NCBI GenBank assembly: GCA_963719225.1
Contig: CAVRAY010000002.1
Coordinates: 192,001-256,000 of the forward strand
Direction: 5' to 3'
DNA from: Thermoanaerobaculia bacterium
GTDB lineage: Bacteria; Acidobacteriota; Thermoanaerobaculia; UBA5066
DNA length: 64,000 bases
Shown in pieces: positions 1 to 9,917 of the stretch (positions are counted from its first letter, which is position 1; each line of letters opens with the position of its first letter). The position numbers were made by a program, and so were the translations under genes. The notes beneath the pieces are model-generated. The model had not been told where the DNA came from. It did no database searches and worked only from the letters and a program-made list of their open reading frames with translations.

Positions 1-361
1 TCAGGAACAGGAGGAGCCGGCCGCTCGGGCTTGTCGGCTCCCGGAAGACGCCGCATTGCCTGAGCACGGTCGCACGGTCGTAGTAGATCCTCTCTCCCGC
101 GAGCTTCCCCTCGTCGTCGAAGGTGTACACGCCGCAGAGCGGGAACTCGATGCGCCGGCCGGTGGCCGGGAGATCACGCCACGTGCCGCCGTGCGTGCCG
201 CGAATCAGGCACTCGACGATGACCGCTTCACCCGTCGCGTGCTCCTTCCGGATCTCGATCTGAAGATCCGGAAGGGCCCGGAAAAGGTCCTGGTAGAAGG
301 ACCGGACCGCATCCGGCCCGACGTGGTGCTCGTCCCAGGGCTCGTCCCGCTCTTCGGTCAT
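1..361 (-). CDS. SnoaL-like ester cyclase / NTF2-fold protein (runs off window start; N-terminus looks short)
   Basis: Not in ORF track. Manual translation from ATG 361: MTEERDEPWDEHHVGPDAVRSFYQDLFRALPDLQIEI...RGTHGGTWRDLPATGRRIEFPLCGVYTFDDEGKLAGERIYYD, with the typical GTHxG..PATGR motif. No stop before base 1. Confidence 0.8.
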   Translation of the reverse strand, partial: MTEERDEPWDEHHVGPDAVRSFYQDLFRALPDLQIEIRKEHATGEAVIVECLIRGTHGGTWRDLPATGRRIEFPLCGVYTFDDEGKLAGERIYYDRATVLRQCGVFREPTSPSGRLLLFL

Positions 362-365
362 GAGC

Positions 366-1178
366 TCAACTTCCGCTCTCGGATTTCCCGGGCAGCTGCG
401 TCCTCGAGAAGACCGCCTTGGCGAGCTTCACCGGCACCGAGCGCGGCACGAGGCGGCCCGACGCGATCCACAGCCGGTCGAGAGGATGCGTCACGACGAA
501 AGCCTTCTTTTTTCGTAGCGCCGAAAGACCGACCTTCGCGACCGCCTCCGGCGCCATCTCCGGAAACGGCGTCGCTTCGGCTCCCCGCATGCCCGCGACG
601 GCATGAAAGTTGGTCTTCGTGTAGCCCGGGCAGAGACACGTCACGGTCACGCCGTCCTTCTTCGCCTCCTCGTGCAGGGCGTGCGTGAAGGACAGGACGA
701 AGGCCTTGCTCGCGGCGTACGCGGCGAAGTAGGGCATCGGCAGGAACGCGGCCGTCGACGCGAGGTTGAGAATGGCGCCGCCACGACGCGCGCGCATCTT
801 GACGAGGAAGCGGTGCGTGAGCTCCGCCGTCGCCACGACGTTGAGCTGGAGCATTTCGAGGACGCGCTCGAGCGGAAGGTCGGCCTCGGGGCCGTTCAGT
901 CCGAAGCCGGCGCCGTTCACGAGAATCGACACGGCCTTGCCCGCCCCCTCCGTGGCGGCGAACACGGCCTCGCGCCCTTCCGGCGTCCCGAGGTCGGCGG
1001 CGAGAAACCCCGCCTCGATCCCGTTCGTCCGCGAGAGCTCTGCTGCGAGCCGCTCCAGCCGTCCGCCCGACCGGGCGACGAGGAGGAGGTCGCGGCCCTC
1101 TTCCGCCAGGCGACGGGCCAGCGCCTCGCCGATTCCAGAGGAGGCTCCGGTGACGACCGCGAGCTGGCGACCCGTCAC
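366..1178 (-). CDS. SDR family oxidoreductase
   Basis: TGASSGIG, NGAGFG and YAASK motifs. Confidence 0.93.
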   Translation of the reverse strand: MTGRQLAVVTGASSGIGEALARRLAEEGRDLLLVARSGGRLERLAAELSRTNGIEAGFLAADLGTPEGREAVFAATEGAGKAVSILVNGAGFGLNGPEADLPLERVLEMLQLNVVATAELTHRFLVKMRARRGGAILNLASTAAFLPMPYFAAYAASKAFVLSFTHALHEEAKKDGVTVTCLCPGYTKTNFHAVAGMRGAEATPFPEMAPEAVAKVGLSALRKKKAFVVTHPLDRLWIASGRLVPRSVPVKLAKAVFSRTQLPGKSESGS

Positions 1179-2080
1179 GAATCCTGCCGCGGCACCCTGA
1201 TCACTTCCGACACGCGGTAGCCGAGGAGAGTGCGCAAGACACTCGAGGGAGCGAAGAGGTCGAGGCCGGACGACTTGACGGGGCTCGGCAGGACGGACAG
1301 GACGAGCGGCGGCCCCTCCGCTTCGAGAACGGTGTACGCGCCGAACCAGTTACGGGCGCCGAGCGCCCGGACGTGAGATTCCATTCCGTCCACGCGCAGC
1401 AAAAAGTCCGTCTCCGTCCCGCGCGTCCAGAGGTGAGGCGGGCCAGCCGACGCCTCGTTCGAAATCTGGAAGGCGCGCTTCAAGAGGGAGGCGGCGGGAT
1501 CTCGCAGGAGGTTCGACGAAAGCGAGAAGGGCACGGTCGCCCGCCCGGCGGCCTTGAGCTCGGCGAAGGCGTTCGGCGAGATCCAGAGCGCGGACGAGCC
1601 TGCGATCGTCGCGACGCCCTCGGGCCAGAGGCCCGGCAGGAGGAACTCGGTTGCGGTCGCGAAGTCCGGGAAGAAGAGGGTTCCTCCCACTTCCCGCGAT
1701 TCGTACGCCGCGGGCGGTGCCGCGATGGGCGTCGCGCCCTGGGCCGCGTTCGCGCGGGCCCGCACCCACTCCTCCCGGCGGCGGGCCGAGTCCGGCTTCT
1801 CGGTGCGCACGCGGCCCGACCAACGCAGCCTGAGCCCGGCCTTTCCGAACTCGAGAACTTCCACCTCACGGCGCGCCGACTCGGGCACGTCCTCGTCGTC
1901 GACTCCGGGCAGGTAGGGATCGAGGGCGAGGACGAGCCCGGGCGAGAGAGGCAGCGCGACGAGGCCCGCGCCCCGCAGCGCCGGGGACGCCGGCGCGGCC
2001 TGCGGCTCCCGGGGGGCGCGGCCGCAGGAGACCAGGAGCGCCGCGAGGAGAGCGGGAATGGCGAGACGCGAAAGGGGCAT
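1175..2080 (-). CDS. hypothetical lipoprotein
   Basis: Signal peptide with LLVS-C lipobox; overlaps downstream gene by 4 nt. Confidence 0.7.
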   Translation of the reverse strand: MPLSRLAIPALLAALLVSCGRAPREPQAAPASPALRGAGLVALPLSPGLVLALDPYLPGVDDEDVPESARREVEVLEFGKAGLRLRWSGRVRTEKPDSARRREEWVRARANAAQGATPIAAPPAAYESREVGGTLFFPDFATATEFLLPGLWPEGVATIAGSSALWISPNAFAELKAAGRATVPFSLSSNLLRDPAASLLKRAFQISNEASAGPPHLWTRGTETDFLLRVDGMESHVRALGARNWFGAYTVLEAEGPPLVLSVLPSPVKSSGLDLFAPSSVLRTLLGYRVSEVIRVPRQDS

Positions 2081-2083
2081 GGG

Positions 2084-2917
2084 CTACCGGTTGGCCACGT
2101 CGTTGAGGCGCTCGTCGAAGGGGATCGCATAGACCTCGACGGCGTTGATTTTCTCCCGTTGGGCGCGAAAGCGGTTCAGGGACGAGATGAGCCGCGAGTC
2201 TCCCGACACCGTCGAGGGGACTTCCCGCTCGAACTCCGTGCGGAAGTCGAGAAGGATGCGCGAAAGTCCCGCCTTGAGCGCCGGCGGCTTCCAGTCCACG
2301 TTGTGCGGATCGGCGAGGAACTCGCGGCCCGCCACGTCGAGGCGCGCGTCGAGGTCGCCCGCGTCCCAGGGCTCCTTCGCGAGCGGAGGCCCGCCCCGGC
2401 GCGCCTTCACGAGGGCGAAGTGGATCCGGGCGTCCGTGAACCTCTTGTACGCGAGCGCGGTCATGGCATTGAGCGAAAGCTTCTTCCCGCCGACGACGTA
2501 GGTGGTTTCCGAGTCGAAGCGATGGGCGATGTCCTTCAGGTTGCCCGGCCGGTTGAAGCGCAGGACGCCGCGCAGAGCGCAGGCATTGTGCGCGTTGATC
2601 CAGTAGGCGAGGCGGTCGGGCTCGGTCGGAAACAGATGCGGGTGCGACTCGGGCGACACGCGCGCGATCTCGGCGAGGTACTCCTCGAGAAGAGGCTCGT
2701 CCACCGAGACGGCGGCATAGTCCACGAGGCCGTTCGTCACGACTTTCTCGAGAAGCCGGCCCAGGATCCCGTGGGGAAACTTCCCTGCGGAGGGGACGTC
2801 GGAGACGGCCTTGACCGAAGGCTTCACGACCTCGCACGAGGCTCCCGGCAGGACGACCGCGAGAACGGCGAGAACGGCGGTCGCGCGGAGGCGCGCGGGA
2901 AGAGCGAGGGGCGTCAT
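2084..2917 (-). CDS. DUF547-domain (lipo)protein
   Basis: GLVDY, LAYWINAHNA, DARIHFALV and LSRIL motifs. Confidence 0.85.
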   Translation of the reverse strand: MTPLALPARLRATAVLAVLAVVLPGASCEVVKPSVKAVSDVPSAGKFPHGILGRLLEKVVTNGLVDYAAVSVDEPLLEEYLAEIARVSPESHPHLFPTEPDRLAYWINAHNACALRGVLRFNRPGNLKDIAHRFDSETTYVVGGKKLSLNAMTALAYKRFTDARIHFALVKARRGGPPLAKEPWDAGDLDARLDVAGREFLADPHNVDWKPPALKAGLSRILLDFRTEFEREVPSTVSGDSRLISSLNRFRAQREKINAVEVYAIPFDERLNDVANR

Positions 2918-2924
2918 CGCGCGG

Positions 2925-3725
2925 TCAGCCGACGACGTCTTCCGCGCCGTCGACGCCCAGAACGTTCCCCGAGAGCCACACGGTCTGGGGGGACGACAGG
3001 GCCACGAGGACGCTCGCGACGTCGTTCGGGGTCGTGAGCCGGCCCGCCGGATGGATCGCGAGACAACGCTCGATCATCTGTTCGTTCCCGGGAATCTTCC
3101 GGAGCGCCGGGGTGTCCGTCACGCCCGCCCGAATCGCGTTCACGGCGATCTTCCGCGGCGCGAGCTCGACGGCGAGCTGCCGGCAGTGGCTTTCGAGAGC
3201 GGCCTTCGCGGCCGAGACGGCGCCGTAGGACTTCCAGATGCGGTGGCCGCCCGCCGACGTCATCGCGAAGGCGTGCGCGCCCTCGGGCAGGAAGGAGCCC
3301 GCCACGAGGTCCTGCATCCAGTAGACGAGCGAGTGGGCCATGACGTCGACGGTCATCTCCATCTGGGGTTTCGAGATCCTCTCGCCGGCGTCCGCGGCGA
3401 GGAACGGCTTCAGCGTGCCGAACGCGAGGGAATGCATGACCACGTCGATGCCGGCCCGTCGGCCCTCCGCGTCCAGGACCTTCGCCATCTCGGCGAGAGC
3501 CTCCGCCCTCTTCTCCTCGTCGGCGGCGTTCATGTTGAAGAACACCGCACGGGATCCGGCGGCTTCGATCTCCTGGGTGATGCGCTCCACGTTCGGAAGC
3601 GTCGCCCGCCGGTCGAGGTGCACCCCGAAGACGTTGCGCCCGCTCTTCGCGAGCGCGAGCGAGCAGGCTTCGCCGAAGCCGGAAGACGCGCCGAGGACGA
3701 GCGCCCAGTTGCGGTTGCCGGCCAT
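2925..3725 (-). CDS. enoyl-ACP reductase-like SDR (FabL/FabI-like)
   Basis: LGASSGFG, YGAVSAAKAALE and NAIRAGVTDTPAL motifs. Confidence 0.85.
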   Translation of the reverse strand: MAGNRNWALVLGASSGFGEACSLALAKSGRNVFGVHLDRRATLPNVERITQEIEAAGSRAVFFNMNAADEEKRAEALAEMAKVLDAEGRRAGIDVVMHSLAFGTLKPFLAADAGERISKPQMEMTVDVMAHSLVYWMQDLVAGSFLPEGAHAFAMTSAGGHRIWKSYGAVSAAKAALESHCRQLAVELAPRKIAVNAIRAGVTDTPALRKIPGNEQMIERCLAIHPAGRLTTPNDVASVLVALSSPQTVWLSGNVLGVDGAEDVVG

Positions 3726-3763
3726 CGAGGAATCCTAGCATCGAGCACGAGTTAATCTGGCCG

Positions 3764-4765
3764 GTGATGGAGAACAGCTTTCGTCGGCGGCTTGCGCACG
3801 ACACGCCCATCGTTCTCGACGCGGCGATGGGCACGGAACTTTCCCGCCGCGGCGCCGACACGGCACCTCCGCTCTGGAGCGCCCGGGCTCTCGTCGAGGC
3901 CCCGGAGCTCGTGGAAGAGGTCCACCGGGAGAACGTCGCGGCGGGCGCCGAGATCCTCACCATCGCGAGCTTCCGCCTCCACGCGAGGAACATCAGAGAG
4001 AGTTCTTGCTCCCTCTCGCAGGGGGAGCTCATCGCAAGAGCGGTGGCTCTGGCGCATCGGGCAAGGTCCGAATTCTCTTCGAAGGTGAATAGCGAGGCGA
4101 AGCCGGGGCGTCGAGCCGCCTTCTCGAGCGACGCCGCAACTCACCCTTTTGAGAAGGTCTTCAGCAGCGTCTGGATAGCCGGGTCTCTCGCCCCCCTGGA
4201 GGACTGCTACCGGCCCGATCGGGTTCCGAAGCAAGAAAATATTCTCTCTTCCGAACATTCCGAGATGGCGGCGGCTCTCGCCGCCGCGGGCGTCGATCTC
4301 ATCCTCGTCGAGACGATGAACTCGATTCGCGAGCTCGTGGCCGCGACGGCCGCGGCCGTCTCGACGGGTCTTCCCGTCCTCGCATCGATGGTCACCGACG
4401 GGGAGGGGCGGCTCCTGTCGGGAGAACCGATCGGCGACGCGGCGCAGGCGCTTCTCTCGCTTTCGACGAGCCCCGACGCCCTCGGTGTCAATTGCGTCCC
4501 CGCGCGCCGCATCGGCGCCGATCTCGCCCGCCTCGGAGCCGCGGCGCCCGGAGTCCCTCTCGTCACCTACGGCAATGCCGGGCGGGCGCTCGACGAGTCG
4601 CGCGGGCTCTTCACCGAGCCCATCGACCCGTACGAGTACGCCGCTCTCGCGCGCGGCTGGCTCGCGGCGGGCGCCCGAATCGTCGGCGGCTGCTGCGGCA
4701 CGCACGCCGCGCACGTGAGGGCGCTGCGGTCCCTGCTCGACGAGCGGCCGGGCAAAAAGCCCTAG
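3764..4765 (+). CDS. homocysteine S-methyltransferase family protein
   Basis: LDAAMGTEL, GSLAPLEDCY, GVNC and GGCCGT motifs; carries an in-frame insert near 4073-4155. Confidence 0.9.
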   Translation: MMENSFRRRLAHDTPIVLDAAMGTELSRRGADTAPPLWSARALVEAPELVEEVHRENVAAGAEILTIASFRLHARNIRESSCSLSQGELIARAVALAHRARSEFSSKVNSEAKPGRRAAFSSDAATHPFEKVFSSVWIAGSLAPLEDCYRPDRVPKQENILSSEHSEMAAALAAAGVDLILVETMNSIRELVAATAAAVSTGLPVLASMVTDGEGRLLSGEPIGDAAQALLSLSTSPDALGVNCVPARRIGADLARLGAAAPGVPLVTYGNAGRALDESRGLFTEPIDPYEYAALARGWLAAGARIVGGCCGTHAAHVRALRSLLDERPGKKP

Positions 4766-6693
4766 GGGAAGTACCCGCGGATCGTCTTCGCGCGCAGCTT
4801 CGGATTCCTGAGCTTCACCTCGATCGCGCGGAACTGGTTCTCGCCCTTCGAGGAATTCGTGAGATATCGCAGGAAATACTGAGAGCGCAGCTCCGTCTCG
4901 ATCTTCCGGTAGACCTCCGCCAAAGCCGACGCCTTGCCGATGAAGAACGCCTCGGCTCCCGTGTCGACGGCGAGCTCGCTCATCTTCGCCTTGATGCCGA
5001 AATCGAGGACCGAGAGGTTGAGGCCGATGAAGTAGATCGGCACGCCGGCGGAGCGCGCGTAGCGGCGCAGCGTTCCGTAGTCCGTCCAGGAGTGGTTGTC
5101 GTCGCCGTCCGTGAGGACGACGATCGCCTTGCGCCCGGGCAGCGAGCGGAACTGGTAGAGCGCCATCACGACGGCGTCGTAGAGCGCGGTCTCCCCGGAG
5201 GCGCGCGTCTCGGCGATGGCGCGCTCGAGGTCCGTGGACTTGTGCGTGAGGGACGCGAGGAGAGCGGGACGCTCGCGGAACTCGATGACGAAACCCTGGT
5301 CCTTTTCCTTCGAGACCAGCTTCTGCGCGAATTCGGAGGCCGCCTGGTGGACGAGAGGCATGGCGTCCTTCATCGAGCCCGATCCGTCGATCACGATCCC
5401 GAGGGAAAGGGGGAGAGACTCGGCGAACTCGAAGCTGGAGAGGTCCTGCGTCACGCCGTCCTCGAGCACCGTGAACTCCTCGCGCGGGAGGCCCTTCACG
5501 AGGCGGCCGTCGGAGTCGAAGACCGAGACCGGGAGCTCGACGAGGTTCACCTCGACCTTCGTCATGAAGCGCGATTCGCCCTTCAGGAGCTTGAGATCGG
5601 TGAACTCTTTCCCGTCGGCGTCCGTCGCGGTCGCGCGCATGAGCGTGGCCTTCTGGATCTTCGCCACGGGCACGGTGACCGTGAACGGCGGCTCGGTCCA
5701 CTCCTTCAGCATCGTGTCATCCAGCCAGAGCTGAAGCTTCTTCGCGGCGCCGCCCGCGATGGAATGCAGGGCGACTTTCAGCTCCACGGTGTCCCCGGCG
5801 GCCTTCTGTTTCGGCAGCTCGAGGATCCGGACCGCGAGACGCGAGTCCTTCTCGTTGATCGCCCAGGCGTCGGCGTCCACGAAGTTGCCCTGGACGTCGA
5901 AGCCGAGGACCTTGAGCGTCTGCTTCTTGGGGATCTTCCCGAGGTCGAGCTCGACGGTATAGGGTGCGCGGTTCTTCACGAGGATCTTCTTTTCCCCGAG
6001 GTAGAACTCCACGCGCTTGACGGGCTCCTTCACCTCGCACGCGATCCTCAGGAGGCCGACGGGCACCTCCTGCTCCGGCGCCAGGATCTTCACGAAACCC
6101 GAGGCGCCGGCCGCGAGAGGAGGACGGTTCTCGCTCTCGAGGATCACGGCGGCGGCGGTCGGCAGCCCACCGTCCGCCCCGGCGTCCTCGGCACGGAACT
6201 CGGCCGACATGGCGGGCACCATGAGCGAGATCGCGCGCGTGCCCAAGAGCACTCCCGCGACGCCCTCGAGCCGGAACTGGATGTTGACCGTGCCGGGGGC
6301 GAGAGCGCGAAGAAAGGAGATCGCCACGGGCTTCGACGCGTTCGTCACGTCCGTCGACGAAAGGTCGATGTCGACGGGCACCCGGAAGCTCTCGACGGCC
6401 TGACCCTTGTCGTCCGTCACGTCTCCTGCCAGAAAGAACGAATACACGCGCGGCTGCGCGTTTCCCGCCCCGCGGAGATCCCCCCGGCTGACCGAGAGCG
6501 TGAACTTGACGGCCGTCTTCCCCCCGGTTTTCCCGAGATACTGTTCGCGCACGTCGATCGGGATCGAGATCCCCCGTGCCTGGAGCTGGGTCTTCTGGGC
6601 CCCTCCGGGAGGGCCCGATTGGGGCCGCGCAGGAGGAGCCGAGAGGAAGGCGGCGAGGCCGATGAGCGCGAAGGCGCGGACCCGCTTCGTCAT
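4762..6693 (-). CDS. secreted VWA-domain protein (Acidobacterial VWFA-related type) with Ig-like repeats
   Basis: Signal peptide MTKRVRAFALIGLAAFL; MIDAS DGSGSM; TALYDA and LTDGDD motifs. Start moved to ATG 6693. Confidence 0.88.
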   Translation of the reverse strand: MTKRVRAFALIGLAAFLSAPPARPQSGPPGGAQKTQLQARGISIPIDVREQYLGKTGGKTAVKFTLSVSRGDLRGAGNAQPRVYSFFLAGDVTDDKGQAVESFRVPVDIDLSSTDVTNASKPVAISFLRALAPGTVNIQFRLEGVAGVLLGTRAISLMVPAMSAEFRAEDAGADGGLPTAAAVILESENRPPLAAGASGFVKILAPEQEVPVGLLRIACEVKEPVKRVEFYLGEKKILVKNRAPYTVELDLGKIPKKQTLKVLGFDVQGNFVDADAWAINEKDSRLAVRILELPKQKAAGDTVELKVALHSIAGGAAKKLQLWLDDTMLKEWTEPPFTVTVPVAKIQKATLMRATATDADGKEFTDLKLLKGESRFMTKVEVNLVELPVSVFDSDGRLVKGLPREEFTVLEDGVTQDLSSFEFAESLPLSLGIVIDGSGSMKDAMPLVHQAASEFAQKLVSKEKDQGFVIEFRERPALLASLTHKSTDLERAIAETRASGETALYDAVVMALYQFRSLPGRKAIVVLTDGDDNHSWTDYGTLRRYARSAGVPIYFIGLNLSVLDFGIKAKMSELAVDTGAEAFFIGKASALAEVYRKIETELRSQYFLRYLTNSSKGENQFRAIEVKLRNPKLRAKTIRGYFP

Positions 6694-6749
6694 GAGGCCA
6701 TCGTATGCTGTCTTTCTCAAGCGACACATCCCCCGTTCAGGAGGTTTAA

Positions 6750-8195
6750 ATGCAAGTTCCCTTCCGCCGCACCGCCGGGGCGCTTCTCGGCCTCGCTCTT
6801 CTTGCGGTTCCGGCCCCGGGAAACGCCGCCTCGCCGGCCGGGGCCGACACGTCAAGCGCCTGGCTGGACTCCACGTCCGCACGCTGGAACGAAATCGCCG
6901 AGAAGATCTGGGGCTTCTCCGAGACGGCGCTCCAGGAGACGAAGTCGTCCGCTCTCCTCGCCGACACTCTCGAAAAGGAAGGCTTCAGCGTGACGCGCGG
7001 CGTCGCGGGAATGCCGACGGCGTTCGTGGCTTCAGCGGGAGCTGGCGCGCCCGTCATCGGGGTCCTCGCCGAGTACGACGCGCTGCCCGGCCTTTCACAG
7101 ACGGCAGGCGCGCCGAAGAAGTCGCCGCTCGCCTCCGCGCCAGCTCCCGGCCACGGGTGCGGTCACAACCTCCTGGGCACGGCGGCAGTCGCGGCCGCCG
7201 TCGCGGCGAACCGCACCCGCGTCGCGGGGAAGCTTCCCGGCACGATCCGCGTCTTCGGCACGCCGGCCGAAGAGCAGCTCCTCGGCAAGCCGTTCATGCT
7301 CAGGGACGGCTCTTTCGCGGGAACCGATGCCGTCCTCGCCTGGCACCCAGCGGACGCGAACTACGTGTGCACGAAGCCTTATCTCGCGATCACCGCACTC
7401 GACGTGGAGTTCTTCGGAAAGACGGCGCATGCCGCGATGAACCCCTGGCTCGGGCGGAGCGCGCTCGACGCCGTCGAGCTGTTCGACCACGCCCTCGCGC
7501 TCATGCGGGAGCACGTGCTCCCGACCGCGCGCCTCCATCGCGCGATCAAGAGTGGCGGCCTCGCGGCGAACATCATCCCGGACTATGCCCGCGTCCAGTG
7601 GTTCGTGCGGGACGAGAACGGAGAACGCGTGAACGAGATGGTCGGGCGCCTGAAGAAGGCAGCCGAGGGCGCGGGTCTCGCGACCGAGACGACGTCGAAG
7701 GTGAGCCTTCTCGCCTCGACGCGCGAGCCGCTCTTCAACGCCGAGCTCTCGAAGGTCCTCCAGAGACATCTCGCCCTCGTCGGGGCGCCGAAGTGGGATG
7801 CCGCCGATGTCGCGCTCGCGCGCGGTGTCCAGAAAGAGGTCGGCATTCCCGAGGCCGGCCTTTCGGACACGGTCCTCCCATATGGTCCCGGGCACGGGTC
7901 CGGGGCTTCGTCGGACGTGGGCGAGGTGAGCGCGGCATTGCCGGTCGCCGAGCTCGCGGTCGCGACGGGGGCCGTGGGCCAGCCGTGGCACCACTGGGCC
8001 GTGACGTCCTGCTCGGGGCACGCGCTCGGCCGAAAGGGCATGCTCGTCGCGGCCAAGGTCCTCGCCGCGACGATGACGGATCTCCTGGGCGATGCCGCGA
8101 CCGTCGCCGCCGCGAAGGCCGAGTTTCAGAAGGCGACCGCCGGCAAGCCCTACGTCAGCCCGCTCGCGAAGGACGCGGTGCCGAAGATCTACTGA
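6750..8195 (+). CDS. M20 amidohydrolase (AbgB-like), secreted
   Basis: EYDALPG, GHGCGHNLLG, GTPAEE and SSDVGEVS motifs; signal peptide. Confidence 0.9.
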   Translation: MQVPFRRTAGALLGLALLAVPAPGNAASPAGADTSSAWLDSTSARWNEIAEKIWGFSETALQETKSSALLADTLEKEGFSVTRGVAGMPTAFVASAGAGAPVIGVLAEYDALPGLSQTAGAPKKSPLASAPAPGHGCGHNLLGTAAVAAAVAANRTRVAGKLPGTIRVFGTPAEEQLLGKPFMLRDGSFAGTDAVLAWHPADANYVCTKPYLAITALDVEFFGKTAHAAMNPWLGRSALDAVELFDHALALMREHVLPTARLHRAIKSGGLAANIIPDYARVQWFVRDENGERVNEMVGRLKKAAEGAGLATETTSKVSLLASTREPLFNAELSKVLQRHLALVGAPKWDAADVALARGVQKEVGIPEAGLSDTVLPYGPGHGSGASSDVGEVSAALPVAELAVATGAVGQPWHHWAVTSCSGHALGRKGMLVAAKVLAATMTDLLGDAATVAAAKAEFQKATAGKPYVSPLAKDAVPKIY

Positions 8196-9364
8196 TCGCC
8201 GGGGGCGTCCACCGCGCGAAGCACGCCGTAGTCGACGAGCTTCCGGACGAGCTGCCGTCGCAGGACGAGCCCGTGGTCCTTCTTGATCGCCCTGAGCGCG
8301 TCGGGCACCTTCGAGCCGTCGAAGGCGGGAAGCGCCGGGAGGAGCACGGCGGGGGCATCGATGGGGTCGTAGGCGCTGTAGGTGGCCAGGCGAACGGTCC
8401 CATGTCCGACGCCAATGACGCTGAGGTTGCCGACCTCGAGGCGCTCCGGAAGTGCGTCGCTGGTCACCGCGTCGTAAGCAGCGCGTGCGAGCTGCGCGTG
8501 GAGAGCGACGGTCGCACCTCCGATGCGCTCCACGGCCTTCCACTCCAGGTTCCGGACGATCGCGTCGCATTCGCGGTAGAGCTCCTGCTCGCGTCCGGCC
8601 CAGCTTCCCCAGAGGGACCTGTACCTCTCGGGGCTTACGGTGCCGTCGATCTCGTCGCCCTTGACGGCTTCCGTCCGCCTTTGTGATGGCGGAAGTTTGA
8701 GCGGAAAGTTCACGCGGAGCGCTGCGTGGTCGAAACCGAGGGTGACGAGGCAGTGGATCGCGAGGTTTTCCTCGATGGCCGTCAGCAGCTCCCTGGCCGA
8801 GTCCCAGAACCGCTTCGCCGTGTCCCCGCGCTCGTGCTTGCAGAACCAGGTCATGCAGACGGAATTGCGATGACGCCAGATCCCGCATTCGCCGCCGATC
8901 CGGTCTTCGAGGTAATAGGGGCAGAGCATCGCCTCGCTGTGGCCGAAGACCCCGTCCCCGTGGTCGTACAGGAGGTTGTACGCCCCGCCGGCGCCGACCC
9001 AGAGCGGCGTCACGCCGACTTTCTTTCCGATCCTCTCCACGACGCGGGCCCGCCCTTCGGCCATGTCGGGTGACCCGTCCGCCAGGATCGCCCCGACGAG
9101 AAAGTTGTGAAGCTTCGGCAGGTACGTGCAGCACTTCGTCTTCGGGTTGAAGTAGACCGCGTCACGCTCTCCGTCCGCGCCGCCGGACACGGGCAGCATC
9201 GCGCAGTTCTCGCACGTGGCGTGCGGCTCGGAGGGGATCTTGCCCCCGAGCGCCGCCTCGAGCCAGCGCGCGTGGAGCGGCGCCAGGCCCTTGGCGGGAG
9301 CGTCGGCGATAAAAGGGAGCCGGACCATGGGAGCCCTGGGGCGTGTCACCTGGTCATTGCTCAC
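8189..9364 (-). CDS. Cys-cluster (YkgJ/CxxCxxCC-like) protein with putative C-terminal RRE/PqqD-like domain; candidate peptide maturase, copy 2
   Basis: CENC...KCC...CPYY...CGIWRHRNSVC...FC pattern; C-terminus FDGSKVPDAL...LVRKLVDYGVL; about 85% identical (manual count) to 10618-11796. Confidence 0.75.
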   Translation of the reverse strand: MSNDQVTRPRAPMVRLPFIADAPAKGLAPLHARWLEAALGGKIPSEPHATCENCAMLPVSGGADGERDAVYFNPKTKCCTYLPKLHNFLVGAILADGSPDMAEGRARVVERIGKKVGVTPLWVGAGGAYNLLYDHGDGVFGHSEAMLCPYYLEDRIGGECGIWRHRNSVCMTWFCKHERGDTAKRFWDSARELLTAIEENLAIHCLVTLGFDHAALRVNFPLKLPPSQRRTEAVKGDEIDGTVSPERYRSLWGSWAGREQELYRECDAIVRNLEWKAVERIGGATVALHAQLARAAYDAVTSDALPERLEVGNLSVIGVGHGTVRLATYSAYDPIDAPAVLLPALPAFDGSKVPDALRAIKKDHGLVLRRQLVRKLVDYGVLRAVDAPGDQ

Positions 9365-9372
9365 TAATAGAT

Positions 9373-9522
9373 CTAGGGGGAGGCCTTGTCGATATGCTTG
9401 GGGATCGAAAGATCACCGTGGTCGACCCTCCCCCCGCGGACCTTCCCGCCCTTGGCGGGCTTGACGTCGAGGTTCTTGGCCATTCTCTTTTGAGCCTTAG
9501 GTTTCTCCTTCGCGATTTTCAT
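9373..9522 (-). CDS. double-glycine precursor peptide P10 (core RVDHGDLSIPKHIDKASP, Hcp-like)
   Basis: MKIAKEKPKAQKRMAKNLDVKPAKGGKVRGG|RVDHGDLSIPKHIDKASP; RBS AAAGGAG. Confidence 0.88.
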   Translation of the reverse strand: MKIAKEKPKAQKRMAKNLDVKPAKGGKVRGGRVDHGDLSIPKHIDKASP

Positions 9523-9539
9523 GTCTCTACTCCTTTGAA

Positions 9540-9686
9540 TCAAAGCTTCTTGACGCCGCCGCCGGAGCCCCCCGGCAGTTTGTCCATGCCGCCGCGGACC
9601 GCCCCGCCCCTGGACGGCTTGACCTCGAGGTCCTTGACGGTCTTCTTTCGCGAAGCCTTCGGGTTCTTCTTCGCAACCTTCTTCAT
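9540..9686 (-). CDS. double-glycine precursor peptide P9 (core MDKLPGGSGGGVKKL)
   Basis: MKKVAKKNPKASRKKTVKDLEVKPSRGGAVRGG|MDKLPGGSGGGVKKL; RBS AAAGGAG. Confidence 0.88.
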   Translation of the reverse strand: MKKVAKKNPKASRKKTVKDLEVKPSRGGAVRGGMDKLPGGSGGGVKKL

Positions 9687-9910
9687 GTCCTCGCTCCTTT
9701 CTTCCTGTGTCGGTCGTGGCCTGGCTTCGGCCTTCGCTCGGCCGGAGCATCCTTGAACGGCGGCTCTTCCTCTGTCTTGGGGATCGGGGGACGTTCACCA
9801 AAGACCGTCTTCTGTGCAGCGCCCCCCTTGGGGTCGTTTCGGGGGACGAGGTCCCTGAGGGGTACGAACCCCGGCGACGGCTCCTTCCTGCGGCGCCTTG
9901 GCTTCGTCAT
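9683..9910 (-). CDS. second-type precursor-like peptide Q2 (LRDLVPRNDPKGG leader)
   Basis: MTKPRRRRKEPSPGFVPLRDLVPRNDPKGG|AAQKTVFGERPP...; paralog of 12170-12394; stop overlaps P9 start (ATGA). Confidence 0.75.
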   Translation of the reverse strand: MTKPRRRRKEPSPGFVPLRDLVPRNDPKGGAAQKTVFGERPPIPKTEEEPPFKDAPAERRPKPGHDRHRKKGART

Positions 9911-9917
9911 GCCGGCT

